DNA of 64,000 nt from Alphaproteobacteria bacterium (lineage in GTDB: Bacteria > Pseudomonadota > Alphaproteobacteria > SP197): NCBI GenBank assembly GCA_009694045.1, contig SHVY01000002.1:39491-103490 (forward strand), written 5' to 3'. Every line of letters begins with the position of its first letter. Within the stretch, counting starts at the first letter, position 1. The notes beneath the pieces are model-generated. The model did not search any database. It was given only the letters and a program-made list of their open reading frames with translations, and was not told the DNA's origin. The position numbers and the translations under genes were made by a program. Shown in pieces: positions 44,599 to 53,655 of the stretch.

Positions 44599-46028
44599 GA
44601 GGGTCCGCCTTTCAGTTGGACGGCGACGCCCTTCACCATGGCGACGTCGTCGAAGGGCAATGTCCTTTGGCCCACGATCTGCCCTTGCTCGTGGCCCTTG
44701 CCGGCGACGACGAGAACGTCGTTCGCCCGGAGTTCGTGCATGGCCTGGCGGATCGCCTCCGCCCGGTCGCCGATCTCGATGGCGCCCGGGGCGGCGGCGA
44801 GGATCGCCCGCCGGATTTCCGCCGCGTCCTCGGTGCGGGGGTTGTCGTCGGTGATCACCGATCGGTCCGCGAGCCGCGCGGCGATCGCGCCCATCAACGG
44901 CCGTTTCGCGCGGTCACGGTCGCCGCCGCAGCCGAACACGACATGGAGCCGGCTGCGCGTCATGGCGCGCGCCACGGCCAAGACGTTCGCCAAAGCGTCC
45001 GGGGTGTGGGCGTAGTCGACGTAGACTCGCGCGCCGTTGCCGAGCACGGCGGCCTCCTGCAGTCGCCCCGGCACGCCGACGAGGCCGGCCAAGGCCTCGA
45101 TCGCGTCGCCCGACGCCGTGCCCGTCGCCACGACGAGACCCGCGGCCGCCAAGGCGTTGGCCGCCTGGAACCCGCCGGCCAAGGGCAGACGCACCGTCCG
45201 CGTCATGCCGCCGGCGGCGATGTCGAGCACCTGCCCCCCCGGCTCCGAGCGCACGTCGACCAGCCTGAGGTCGGCCCCGGAGGCACCGAAGGTGATCGCC
45301 CGAAGTCCGCGTTTCCGGGCGATAGCCACCAGGTCCGCGCACTCCGGCACATCGGCGTTCAGGACCGCCGCCGCACCTCGGGGCAGCAACTCTTCGAACA
45401 GGCGAAACTTGGCTGCCCGGTACGCCTCGGGCGTGGGGTGATAGTCGTAGTGATCTTGGGTCAGGTTGGTGAACGCCGCCGCCGCCAGCCCGACCCCATC
45501 GAGGCGGAACTGATCCAACCCGTGGCTTGAGGCTTCCAGCGCGACGTGATCGACCCCGTGCTCCCGCAGCTCGGCCAGGGCCGCGTGCAGTCTAACAGGT
45601 TCCGGCGTGGTGTGCCCAAGGGGCCGGTCGGGTCCGTCGCCGACCACGCCAAGCGTGCCGAGGGACGCCGCCGCGTGCCCCACCAGCCGCCATAGCTGGC
45701 GGGTGAACCCCGCGACCGAGGTCTTGCCGTTGGTTCCCGTCACGGCGACGATCGTCCGCGGTTGCGGCGCATGGAACCGCGCGGCAATCAGCGCCAGGCG
45801 ACGGCGCGGGTTCGCGTCGGACAGCACCGGCACTCCGGCCTCGCCCAACCCGGCGGCGACGTCGGGTGAGGCAAGCACGGCGGCGGCACCGCGCGCGATG
45901 GCGTCGGCGACGAACCGGGCGCCGTCGACCTTGCCGCCCTTCAGGGCGGCGAACAGGAAGCCCGGCTTGACCGCGCGCGAATCCGGCGTCAGGCCGGATA
46001 TCTCGAGGTCGCCGGGCAGCCCGTGCAT
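44595..46028 (-). CDS. murE: UDP-N-acetylmuramoyl-L-alanyl-D-glutamate--2,6-diaminopimelate ligase
   Basis: VAVTGTNGKTS motif. GAGGAGG RBS before the ATG at 46028; the upstream 93 codons of the ORF are run-on. Confidence 0.95.
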   Translation of the reverse strand: MHGLPGDLEISGLTPDSRAVKPGFLFAALKGGKVDGARFVADAIARGAAAVLASPDVAAGLGEAGVPVLSDANPRRRLALIAARFHAPQPRTIVAVTGTNGKTSVAGFTRQLWRLVGHAAASLGTLGVVGDGPDRPLGHTTPEPVRLHAALAELREHGVDHVALEASSHGLDQFRLDGVGLAAAAFTNLTQDHYDYHPTPEAYRAAKFRLFEELLPRGAAAVLNADVPECADLVAIARKRGLRAITFGASGADLRLVDVRSEPGGQVLDIAAGGMTRTVRLPLAGGFQAANALAAAGLVVATGTASGDAIEALAGLVGVPGRLQEAAVLGNGARVYVDYAHTPDALANVLAVARAMTRSRLHVVFGCGGDRDRAKRPLMGAIAARLADRSVITDDNPRTEDAAEIRRAILAAAPGAIEIGDRAEAIRQAMHELRANDVLVVAGKGHEQGQIVGQRTLPFDDVAMVKGVAVQLKGGPS

Positions 46029-46041
46029 CGCCGCAGCCTCC

Positions 46042-47823
46042 TCAGGGAACAGCAGAGAGAGACGCAAGGGTCGATCCCACGACGGCGTGATCGCCGGGCA
46101 ACAAGGCCTCCGCCGCCTCGGTCGGATCGGTCGGATCGGAGGCGCGCGGCGCCATGCCCACCAGCGGACCGATGCGGTCGATGATGCGCGCCACGGTGGG
46201 GGCCGCCGTCCAGCCGCCGGTCGCGTAGCCGTAGGTCGCCTTCGTCCCCTTGGGCTCGTCCAAGGTGACCAGCACCACGTAGCGCGGGTCGTCCATGGGG
46301 AAGGCACCGATGAACGAGGACAGCAGAGCGTCCTTGCGGTATCCGGCGGCGCTCGCCTTTTCGGCGGTGCCGGTCTTGCCGCCGACCGCGTAGCCCGGAA
46401 CGTTCGCCGACTTGCCGGTGCCCGCCATGACCACGAGCCGCAGGAGGGCCCGCATCGCGTCCGACGTCGTGGACTTGATCACCGCCGTGCCTGGCGCCAC
46501 CGCGTCGGCGTCGCGCCGCAGCAGCGTCAGCGTTCTGAGGGTGCCGCCGTTCACCATGGCGGCGAAGGCCGTGACCGTCTGCAGCGGCGAGATGGCGAGG
46601 CCGTGACCGAAGGCCACGGTCATGGTCGTCAAATCGCCCCAGGTGGCGGGCACTATGGGCTCGCCCACCTCCGGCAGATCGAAGGCGGGCGGACGAAAGA
46701 AGCCGAGCTTCTTCAGGAACGACTTCTGACCTTCCGCGCCCACGTCCATCGCCATCTTCGCGGCGCCGATGTTCGAGGAATAGATGAAGATCTCCGGGAT
46801 CGACAGCCAGCGGCTCTTGGCATGGCTGTCGCTGATGGTGTAGCGCGCCACTCGGATCGGCTCGCTGGCGTCGTAGCCATCGACCAAGCCGACCTTGCCG
46901 CCGTCCAGCGCCATGGCGGTGGTGAACACCTTGAAAATCGACCCCATCTCGTAGACGCCCAGCGTCGCGCGGTTGAAGCGCGCTTCGTCCGGACCGGCCA
47001 TCGGATGGTTGGGGTCGAAATCCGGCAGGGAAGCGATCGCCAGGATCTCGCCGGTCTTCGGGTCCACGATCATGCCGGTGCCGCCGATCGCCCGGAACTC
47101 CGCCACGCTCTTCGCCAGCTCGTCGCGCAGCACCTGCTGCAAGCGGACGTCGAGGCTGAGGGTCAGCGGGCCCTCGCCCTCGATCGCGAGACGCCGCAGC
47201 TCGTCGTCGAACGCCTTCTCGATGCCGGCCAGGCCCTGGTTGTCCACGTCGGTGAAGCCGACGATGTGGGCGGCCAGCGCGCCCTGCGGATAGACCCGGC
47301 GCTGCTCGCGCTGGAACTGGATCCCCGGCAGGCCGAGGGCGTGAACCGCGCTCTCCTGGGCAGGCGACAACCCGCGCTTGATCCACGCGAAGGTGCCCTT
47401 GCCGGAGAGCTTGCGAAGCACCTCGTCCTGGTCGAGGCCTGGCAGGGCGCCCATCAGCGCCGCGACCGCCTCGTCCACATCCAGGATGCGCGCCGGGTTC
47501 GCGTAGAGCGACGCGGTCGGCAAGGTCGAGGCGAGCAGCACGCCATTGCGATCGACGATGTCGGCGCGCTCGAACGACGCGGCGTTGACCCCCGCCGAAC
47601 GGGCGGCGGTGTCGTCGCCCGGCGATCCGCCGACGGCGATTTCCGATGCCCTGAGCGCCAGCACGAGAAAGGCGAAGGCGAAGGCGGCGGCGGCCACGAC
47701 CAGACGACGGCGGCCCTGTTCGACCGCGCGCTTGGTATCGCCTTCGAGCCACAGGTCGGGCCGCGCCTGAATCCGCAAGGGGCTCCGCGGCGCGAACGCG
47801 TGCTGGAGATCAAGCTGCTTCAA
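46042..47823 (-). CDS. ftsI: Peptidoglycan D,D-transpeptidase FtsI (PBP3)
   Basis: TM segment, PBP dimerisation domain and transpeptidase domain (SxxK, SxN, KTG). The putative TTG start at 47823 overlaps the ftsL stop (TTGA); the start is uncertain. Confidence 0.85.
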   Translation of the reverse strand: MKQLDLQHAFAPRSPLRIQARPDLWLEGDTKRAVEQGRRRLVVAAAAFAFAFLVLALRASEIAVGGSPGDDTAARSAGVNAASFERADIVDRNGVLLASTLPTASLYANPARILDVDEAVAALMGALPGLDQDEVLRKLSGKGTFAWIKRGLSPAQESAVHALGLPGIQFQREQRRVYPQGALAAHIVGFTDVDNQGLAGIEKAFDDELRRLAIEGEGPLTLSLDVRLQQVLRDELAKSVAEFRAIGGTGMIVDPKTGEILAIASLPDFDPNHPMAGPDEARFNRATLGVYEMGSIFKVFTTAMALDGGKVGLVDGYDASEPIRVARYTISDSHAKSRWLSIPEIFIYSSNIGAAKMAMDVGAEGQKSFLKKLGFFRPPAFDLPEVGEPIVPATWGDLTTMTVAFGHGLAISPLQTVTAFAAMVNGGTLRTLTLLRRDADAVAPGTAVIKSTTSDAMRALLRLVVMAGTGKSANVPGYAVGGKTGTAEKASAAGYRKDALLSSFIGAFPMDDPRYVVLVTLDEPKGTKATYGYATGGWTAAPTVARIIDRIGPLVGMAPRASDPTDPTEAAEALLPGDHAVVGSTLASLSAVP

Positions 47824-48128
47824 CGGGTGAATCCTTCCGGTACGATCTCGGCGACCCGTATCGGAACCGCGTCGATGGTCATGATCTGCTGCGCCAACAT
47901 CGGCCCGGCCCCAAGCAGGCGCACCGCATCGGTGGTCAGACGCTCGGGCCTCGCCAGGTACGCCCATTCGGCGTGCAGGACGTGAATCGCCTGCTCGCTC
48001 GCGGCACGGATCGCGTTCAGTTCGGCGAGTTCCTGCTCGCGGAACTTGGCCTGGTAGGTGATCGGGAACAGCGCGAACGCCGACAGAGCAGCGAGCAGAA
48101 GCCAGAGCATGGTCCCGCGCGCGGTCAT
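47820..48128 (-). CDS. ftsL: Cell division protein FtsL-like small bitopic protein
   Basis: ~102 aa with a single TM ([15 protein letters not shown]) and a coiled-coil-like region. It sits in the canonical position between rsmH and ftsI. The ATG at 48128 overlaps the rsmH stop (ATGA). Confidence 0.65.
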   Translation of the reverse strand: MTARGTMLWLLLAALSAFALFPITYQAKFREQELAELNAIRAASEQAIHVLHAEWAYLARPERLTTDAVRLLGAGPMLAQQIMTIDAVPIRVAEIVPEGFTR

Positions 48129-49081
48129 GTCGCGACACTCCACGCCGGCTCGGCGGTGCGCACGGCGGCGCGCAGGCGGGCGGAACGGGCGCGTGGGTTG
48201 CGGGTGACCTCGGCCTCGCCGGGAGTAAGGGGCCGCCGGACCAGCGGCGCGAACGTCGGCGCGCGCCGCGCCACGGCGGGGGCGTGGCGGCTTGGCGCCG
48301 GCGCCTGGCCGCTCCGCTCCGCGAGAAACCGTTTGACGAGGCGATCCTCGAGCGAATGGAACGCGACCACCACCAGCCGTCCCCCAGCCACCAACAAGCG
48401 CTCGGCGGCATCGAGCGCGCGGCTGATCTCGCCCAGCTCATCGTTGACGAAGATTCGCAGGCCCTGGAACGTGCGGGTCGCCGGGTCGATCCCGTCGCCG
48501 CTCGCGCGCACCACGCCACGCACGATGCGGGCGAGTTCGCCGGTGCGCAGGATCGGCGACCCGCCGCGCGCGCGAACGATGGCGCGGGCGACGGCACGGG
48601 CGCGCCGCTCCTCGCCCAGGCGTCCGATGATGTCGGCGAGCTCGGCCTCGGCCGCGCCGTTCACCACGTCCGCGGCGCTCGGACCCTGGCACTCCATGCG
48701 CATGTCGAGGGGGCCGTCGAGCCGGAACGAGAACCCGCGCGCGGGGTCGTCGATCTGCGGCGAGGACACTCCGAGGTCGAGGGCGATGCCGTCCACCAGG
48801 TCGATCCCCGCGGCGGCCAGCAGCCGATCCATCGCGCCGAATCGCCCGGCCAGCAGGGTCAGTCGGCCAGGATAGGCTTGGGCGACGATCTCGCCCCGGG
48901 CGATGGCGGCGGGATCCCGATCGATCGCCCACACCCGGCAGCGCGCCGCGTCCAGAATCGCGCGGGTATAGCCGCCGGCCCCGAACGTCGCATCGACGTA
49001 GCGCCCGTCGTCATGGGGAACCAAGGTCGCCAGCGCCTCCGCCAGCAGCACGGGCACGTGCCCCGCGTCAGCGCCCGCCAT
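48125..49081 (-). CDS. rsmH: 16S rRNA (cytosine1402-N4)-methyltransferase
   Basis: [17 protein letters not shown] start; [14 protein letters not shown] motif. The ATG at 49081 lies within the last 14 nt of mraZ. Confidence 0.9.
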   Translation of the reverse strand: MAGADAGHVPVLLAEALATLVPHDDGRYVDATFGAGGYTRAILDAARCRVWAIDRDPAAIARGEIVAQAYPGRLTLLAGRFGAMDRLLAAAGIDLVDGIALDLGVSSPQIDDPARGFSFRLDGPLDMRMECQGPSAADVVNGAAEAELADIIGRLGEERRARAVARAIVRARGGSPILRTGELARIVRGVVRASGDGIDPATRTFQGLRIFVNDELGEISRALDAAERLLVAGGRLVVVAFHSLEDRLVKRFLAERSGQAPAPSRHAPAVARRAPTFAPLVRRPLTPGEAEVTRNPRARSARLRAAVRTAEPAWSVAT

Positions 49082-49526
49082 CCACCGGTCCCTTGAGCGA
49101 TAGTCCAAGCCGCGAACGCTCGGCGCGAAGCTGCTGGAACAGCCGCTCGCGATGCTGGGCGCCGGCCGCGGGCTCCCAGATCTGGAAGTACGGTCCGCGC
49201 CCCAGGAATGTTGCCTGATCGGTGATGCGGGCGTAGGCGATCAGATGGTCGGGCAGGATGATCCGGCCTTCGCCGTCGAACGGCACTTCCACCGCCTCGC
49301 TGAACAGGCCCGAGGCCAGATCGCTGCCGTCGCCGAACATGTCGACGATCGAATCGCTCATCCGAGTCATGGCTTGCCGGCCCAGGGCCTCGATCGCATC
49401 CACGCCGTCGCGGATCGAGCGCATCGCCACGATCCCCGGGAAGTTGTCATCGGCCAGGGCCGTGCGGAATGCCGCGGGCACGGAAACCCGGCCCTTGCGG
49501 TCCACTTTGTTGGTGAAAACCCCCAT
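49068..49526 (-). CDS. mraZ: Transcriptional regulator MraZ
   Basis: Internal ATG at 49526 giving [21 protein letters not shown] (first MraZ/SpoVT-AbrB repeat) followed by a second repeat. Confidence 0.85.
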   Translation of the reverse strand: MGVFTNKVDRKGRVSVPAAFRTALADDNFPGIVAMRSIRDGVDAIEALGRQAMTRMSDSIVDMFGDGSDLASGLFSEAVEVPFDGEGRIILPDHLIAYARITDQATFLGRGPYFQIWEPAAGAQHRERLFQQLRAERSRLGLSLKGPVDGGR

Positions 49527-49630
49527 GAAGGCGGCAGTCACGCGTCGTTCCCCCAGCTCTCGAATGCCCGAGCGATGCCGCTGGGCGACCCCTTGAAACC
49601 CCACGGCCATAGATAGCCGTTCCGGGCCTG

Positions 49631-49660
49631 CATGGGATAGCATGGGATTTCATGGGCGTC
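49631..49660. promoter_or_regulatory. Three direct repeats CATGGGA-N with exact 10-bp periodicity (TGGGN MraZ-box-like), ~105-135 bp upstream of the mraZ start; putative MraZ operator / Pmra region
   Basis: CATGGGATAG CATGGGATTT CATGGGCGTC at 49631, 49641 and 49651. An adjacent AT-rich stretch at 49671-49720 is plausible -35/-10 material for a minus-strand promoter. Confidence 0.5.
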
Positions 49661-49849
49661 AACGTCACCGAGAAGATTTTTTCGTTGTTGTTTAAGAACT
49701 TATTAACGTCGAGGGGGTCGCCCAAAGGGCGAACATTGGGTCGTCCGAAGTCACCGATCGGGTTTCGACCGAGGGACTCTCGCGCGCAATTGTGGCGATT
49801 ATTTGTTCTCTAAATGTTCCTATTGTGATGATCTGCCCGGCTGGAGCAA

Positions 49850-50258
<409 letters not shown>

Positions 50259-50275
50259 GGCCATAGGTAGGGCCG

Positions 50276-51004
50276 TCACCCCGCCAGGGCAAGCACCGCG
50301 TAGACCAGCTGCACCGTCTCGGGGTCGGCGACCCCATCGCATCCGCCGGGGCGGAAGTGGCGCTGGAAGGCCGTCACCACCGCCCCCAGCTCCGCGTCAT
50401 AGGGTCCGCCCGTCGCCACGCCATAGCCGAAATCCGCGAGGACGGCCCGCAGGGCGGCGACGCCGGAACCCCCATCGCCCGCGCGAAAGACCATGCCCAT
50501 CTCGCCGGTCACGGGCCGCGCCGCCGGCCACAAGCCGACGCCCGCGTGCGCCAGCCGCGCCCAGTCGAACAGCTCGCCCGGGTCCTGCTTGCGCGCGGGC
50601 GCCACGTCGGAATGACCCAGCACATGCCGGGGCGCGATCCCATGGGTGTGCACGAGACCGGTCGCGAGCGTGACGAGTGCCGCCATCTGCGGCTCGGCGA
50701 ATGGCCGGTAGCCGAACTGGTGCCCGGGGTTCGCGAGCTCGATCCCGATGGAGCGGCCGTTGATGTCCGTGACACCACGCCATGACGCGACGCCCGCATG
50801 CCAGGCCCGGCGCTCCTCCGGCACGAGCCGCGCGACGGCGCCGCCCTCGTCGATCAGGTAGTGGGCGCTGACCTTGGCCGCCGGATCGCACAGCCGGTCG
50901 AGCGCTTCGGCCGCCGTGCGCATGCCGGTGTAGTGCAAGATCAGCATGTCGATGGCCGTTCCGGCGGGGCGCGCGTCATGGTTGGGTGAGGACCGTTCGA
51001 TCAC
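50276..51004 (-). CDS. N-acetylmuramoyl-L-alanine amidase (AmpD/Amidase_2 family) with C-terminal peptidoglycan-binding domain
   Basis: SPNHDARPAGTAIDMLILHYTGM..H..G.. amidase_2 motifs plus a C-terminal PG_binding_1-like region. The GTG start at 51004 overlaps the ABC-F stop (GTGA). Confidence 0.8.
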   Translation of the reverse strand: MIERSSPNHDARPAGTAIDMLILHYTGMRTAAEALDRLCDPAAKVSAHYLIDEGGAVARLVPEERRAWHAGVASWRGVTDINGRSIGIELANPGHQFGYRPFAEPQMAALVTLATGLVHTHGIAPRHVLGHSDVAPARKQDPGELFDWARLAHAGVGLWPAARPVTGEMGMVFRAGDGGSGVAALRAVLADFGYGVATGGPYDAELGAVVTAFQRHFRPGGCDGVADPETVQLVYAVLALAG

Positions 51005-52797
51005 AGCTGCAACCCTTCCGCCAGCGCGAGCCACGCGTCCTCGGCCGTGGCCAGCTCGCCCCGGTGCTCGGCCAGCAGGGCGATAGTCCGGTCGTACCGC
51101 GCCCGATCCCGCGCGAACAGGTCGGGATCGCCAAGGATCGATTCCATCTCGGCGACGGCGCCGTTCAGGGTCTCGATCCGGGCCATGGCGCGCGCCAGAT
51201 CCCGTTGTTGCCGGTTGGCCGAAGGCGCGCGCGGAGCCACGGGTTTCGGCACCCCCTTCGGATGCGACGCCCCCTTCGGACGCGGTGACAGCGGCGCCAC
51301 GGCCCGACACTGGCGCGTGTAGTCGGAGTAGCCGCCGGCGTACTCGCGCACCCGCCCGTCGGGATCGAAGGCGATGATGCCGGTGACCAGCCGGTCGAGC
51401 GTGGCGCGGTCGTGGGTCACCAGCAGCAGGGTCCCGGCGTAGGCATCGAGCGCGTCGACCAGCAGATCCAGGGTTTCCATGTCCAGATCGTTGGTCGGTT
51501 CGTCCATGGCGAGCACGTTCGACGGTTCGGCGAACAGTCGGGCCAGCAGCAGCCGGTTCCGCTCACCGCCCGACAGGGTCTTGACCGGGCTGGTCAGTCG
51601 CTCCGGCGGGAACAGGAACTCCTGGGCATAGCCGGCGACGTGGCGCGGGCGGCCATCGACCATGACCGTGTCGCCGTTGGGCGCCAGGGTCCGCCACACC
51701 GAGGCCTCGGGATCCAGCACGGCCCGCTGCTGGTCGAAGGATGCGATCCTGAGCCCGGCGCCCAGGCGGACCGTGCCCTCGTCGGGCGCCACGGTCCCCA
51801 GCAGCAGGCCGAGCAGGGTCGTCTTGCCGGCACCCGAAGGGCCGATGATTCCGAGTCGATCGCCACGCAGGACGCGGGTGGTCAGGTCGCGGACCAGCCA
51901 GCGCTCGCCGACCCGCTTGCCGATCCTTTCGGCGTCGATGACCAGTTCGCCCCCGCTGCCGCCGGCGGCCACCTTAAGATTGGCCGTGCCGCCCGAGTCC
52001 GCGATCCGCCGCGACCGCTCGGCGCGCAAGGCCGCCAGGCGTTCGACCCGCATCTCGTTGCGGGTTCGCCGGCCGGTGACGCCCCGCAGCATATAGCGCT
52101 CCTCGCGCTTCAGCTGGGCATCCAGCCGGGCCGCGGCGCCGGCCTCCTCCAGGGCGACCGTGTCGCGCCAGGTCTCGAACGCGGCGAAGCCGGCGTCCAG
52201 CCCGCGCAGCCGCCCGCGGTCGAGCCACAGGGTCCGCCGCGTCAGGCGTGCCAGGAACACCCGGTCGTGACTGACCACCAGCAAAGCACCCTTGAACGCG
52301 AGCAGCGACTCCTCGAGCCAGGCGATGGTCGGCAGGTCCAGATGGTTGGTGGGCTCATCCAGCAGCAGCACGTCGCGCCCCACCGCCAGGGCCCGGGCCA
52401 GCGACACCCGCCGCAATTCGCCGCCCGAAAGGGCCGCGAGCGCGGCCGCCGAAGCCACGCGCAACTCGGCGAGCAGGCCCGCCGCCCGCCCCATCTCGAC
52501 CGGCGACGCCTCGCCGCGGAACCCCGCCAGCACGTGATCGAGCGCGGTCTCGCCGCCCGCGGCCCGCGCCTCCTGCGGCAGGTAGGCGAGCGCGGCGCCC
52601 GGTTCCGCGTAGCGCTCGCCGGCGTCGACGTCCGCTTCGCCCGCGAGGATGCGGAGCAGCGTCGACTTCCCCGCCCCGTTCCGTCCCACCAGGCACACGC
52701 GCTCACCCCGCGCCAGGTGCAGATCGACCCCGGAAAACAGCGGTACGCCGCCGAACCCGGTGGTGACCCCGCGCAACGACAGGATCGGCGGCGCCAT
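51001..52797 (-). CDS. ABC-F family ATPase (Uup/EttA-like; two tandem ABC domains, no TM domain)
   Basis: Two Walker A motifs (GRNGAGKST, GPSGAGKTT) and two LSGGE signatures. ATG at 52797. Confidence 0.85.
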   Translation of the reverse strand: MAPPILSLRGVTTGFGGVPLFSGVDLHLARGERVCLVGRNGAGKSTLLRILAGEADVDAGERYAEPGAALAYLPQEARAAGGETALDHVLAGFRGEASPVEMGRAAGLLAELRVASAAALAALSGGELRRVSLARALAVGRDVLLLDEPTNHLDLPTIAWLEESLLAFKGALLVVSHDRVFLARLTRRTLWLDRGRLRGLDAGFAAFETWRDTVALEEAGAAARLDAQLKREERYMLRGVTGRRTRNEMRVERLAALRAERSRRIADSGGTANLKVAAGGSGGELVIDAERIGKRVGERWLVRDLTTRVLRGDRLGIIGPSGAGKTTLLGLLLGTVAPDEGTVRLGAGLRIASFDQQRAVLDPEASVWRTLAPNGDTVMVDGRPRHVAGYAQEFLFPPERLTSPVKTLSGGERNRLLLARLFAEPSNVLAMDEPTNDLDMETLDLLVDALDAYAGTLLLVTHDRATLDRLVTGIIAFDPDGRVREYAGGYSDYTRQCRAVAPLSPRPKGASHPKGVPKPVAPRAPSANRQQRDLARAMARIETLNGAVAEMESILGDPDLFARDRARYDRTIALLAEHRGELATAEDAWLALAEGLQL

Positions 52798-52799
52798 GC

Positions 52800-53528
52800 T
52801 CAGCGCAGTCCGCGCTCGCGCGCCAGGCGGTCGTAGGCGTCGTTGATCAGCGCCAACCGCTGGTTGGCCAGGGCGGCGAACTCGGGTGGCATGCCGTCGG
52901 CCATCAGCGTGTCGGGATGGTTCTCGCGCACCAGCTTGCGGTACGCCGCCTTCAGCTCTGGATCGCCGACGGATCGCGCCACGCCCAGGATCACGTAGGG
53001 GTCCTTGGATACCGCCGCCCCGTGCTCGGCGGCCAGCCTGGCGAAGACGCCGTCCTCGAGTCCGAACCGCTGCGCGACCTTCTCGAGCAACGCGATCTCG
53101 GGTCCACTGATGGTGCCGTCCGCCTTGGCGATGACGAACAGGGCGTCGAGCAGCTCCTCGAGGATCGCGGGCCGGCCTTGGAAGATCTCGCCGATCTGCC
53201 GGGCGTAGGGTTCGAAGCCGGCGGCATCCGCCTTCGCCCGGTTGAACAGCTCCCCCACCCCACGGATCTCGCTCTCGGGGATGCGGAACACCCGCTTGAA
53301 GGCCGCGACCTCGTCGCGGGTCACCACCCCGTCCGCCTTGGCGAGCTTGGCCGCCAGGACCACGAGGGCGATGGTGAACGCGACCTGCTTGGTCGCGACG
53401 TCGGGCCCGGCACCTTGGCCGGACGCGCGATCCACCACGTGGCCGGCTACCGCGCCGATCAACGCGCCCAGGGGTCCGCCCAGCGCGAACCCGGCCACCC
53501 CGCCCAGAACCTTGCCCCAGATGCTCAA
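52800..53528 (-). CDS. djlA: Co-chaperone DjlA (N-terminal TM, TerB-like domain, C-terminal J domain)
   Basis: SIWGKVLGG start as in E. coli MQYWGKIIG; C-terminal J domain DPYVILGVARSVGDPELKAAYRKLVRENHPD. TTG start at 53528 with a perfect AGGAG RBS 7 nt upstream. Confidence 0.8.
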   Translation of the reverse strand: MSIWGKVLGGVAGFALGGPLGALIGAVAGHVVDRASGQGAGPDVATKQVAFTIALVVLAAKLAKADGVVTRDEVAAFKRVFRIPESEIRGVGELFNRAKADAAGFEPYARQIGEIFQGRPAILEELLDALFVIAKADGTISGPEIALLEKVAQRFGLEDGVFARLAAEHGAAVSKDPYVILGVARSVGDPELKAAYRKLVRENHPDTLMADGMPPEFAALANQRLALINDAYDRLARERGLR

Positions 53529-53655
53529 CCGTCGCTCCTGACTTCGCGGCTCGCAGACTCGCGTTTTGCGGAGGCTTACGTCAAGATACCCGCGCTGTAC
53601 GCAGGGGTCCGCCTTGCACGAGGCCCCTCGCGAAACCGTAACGCGGGGAGGAACC

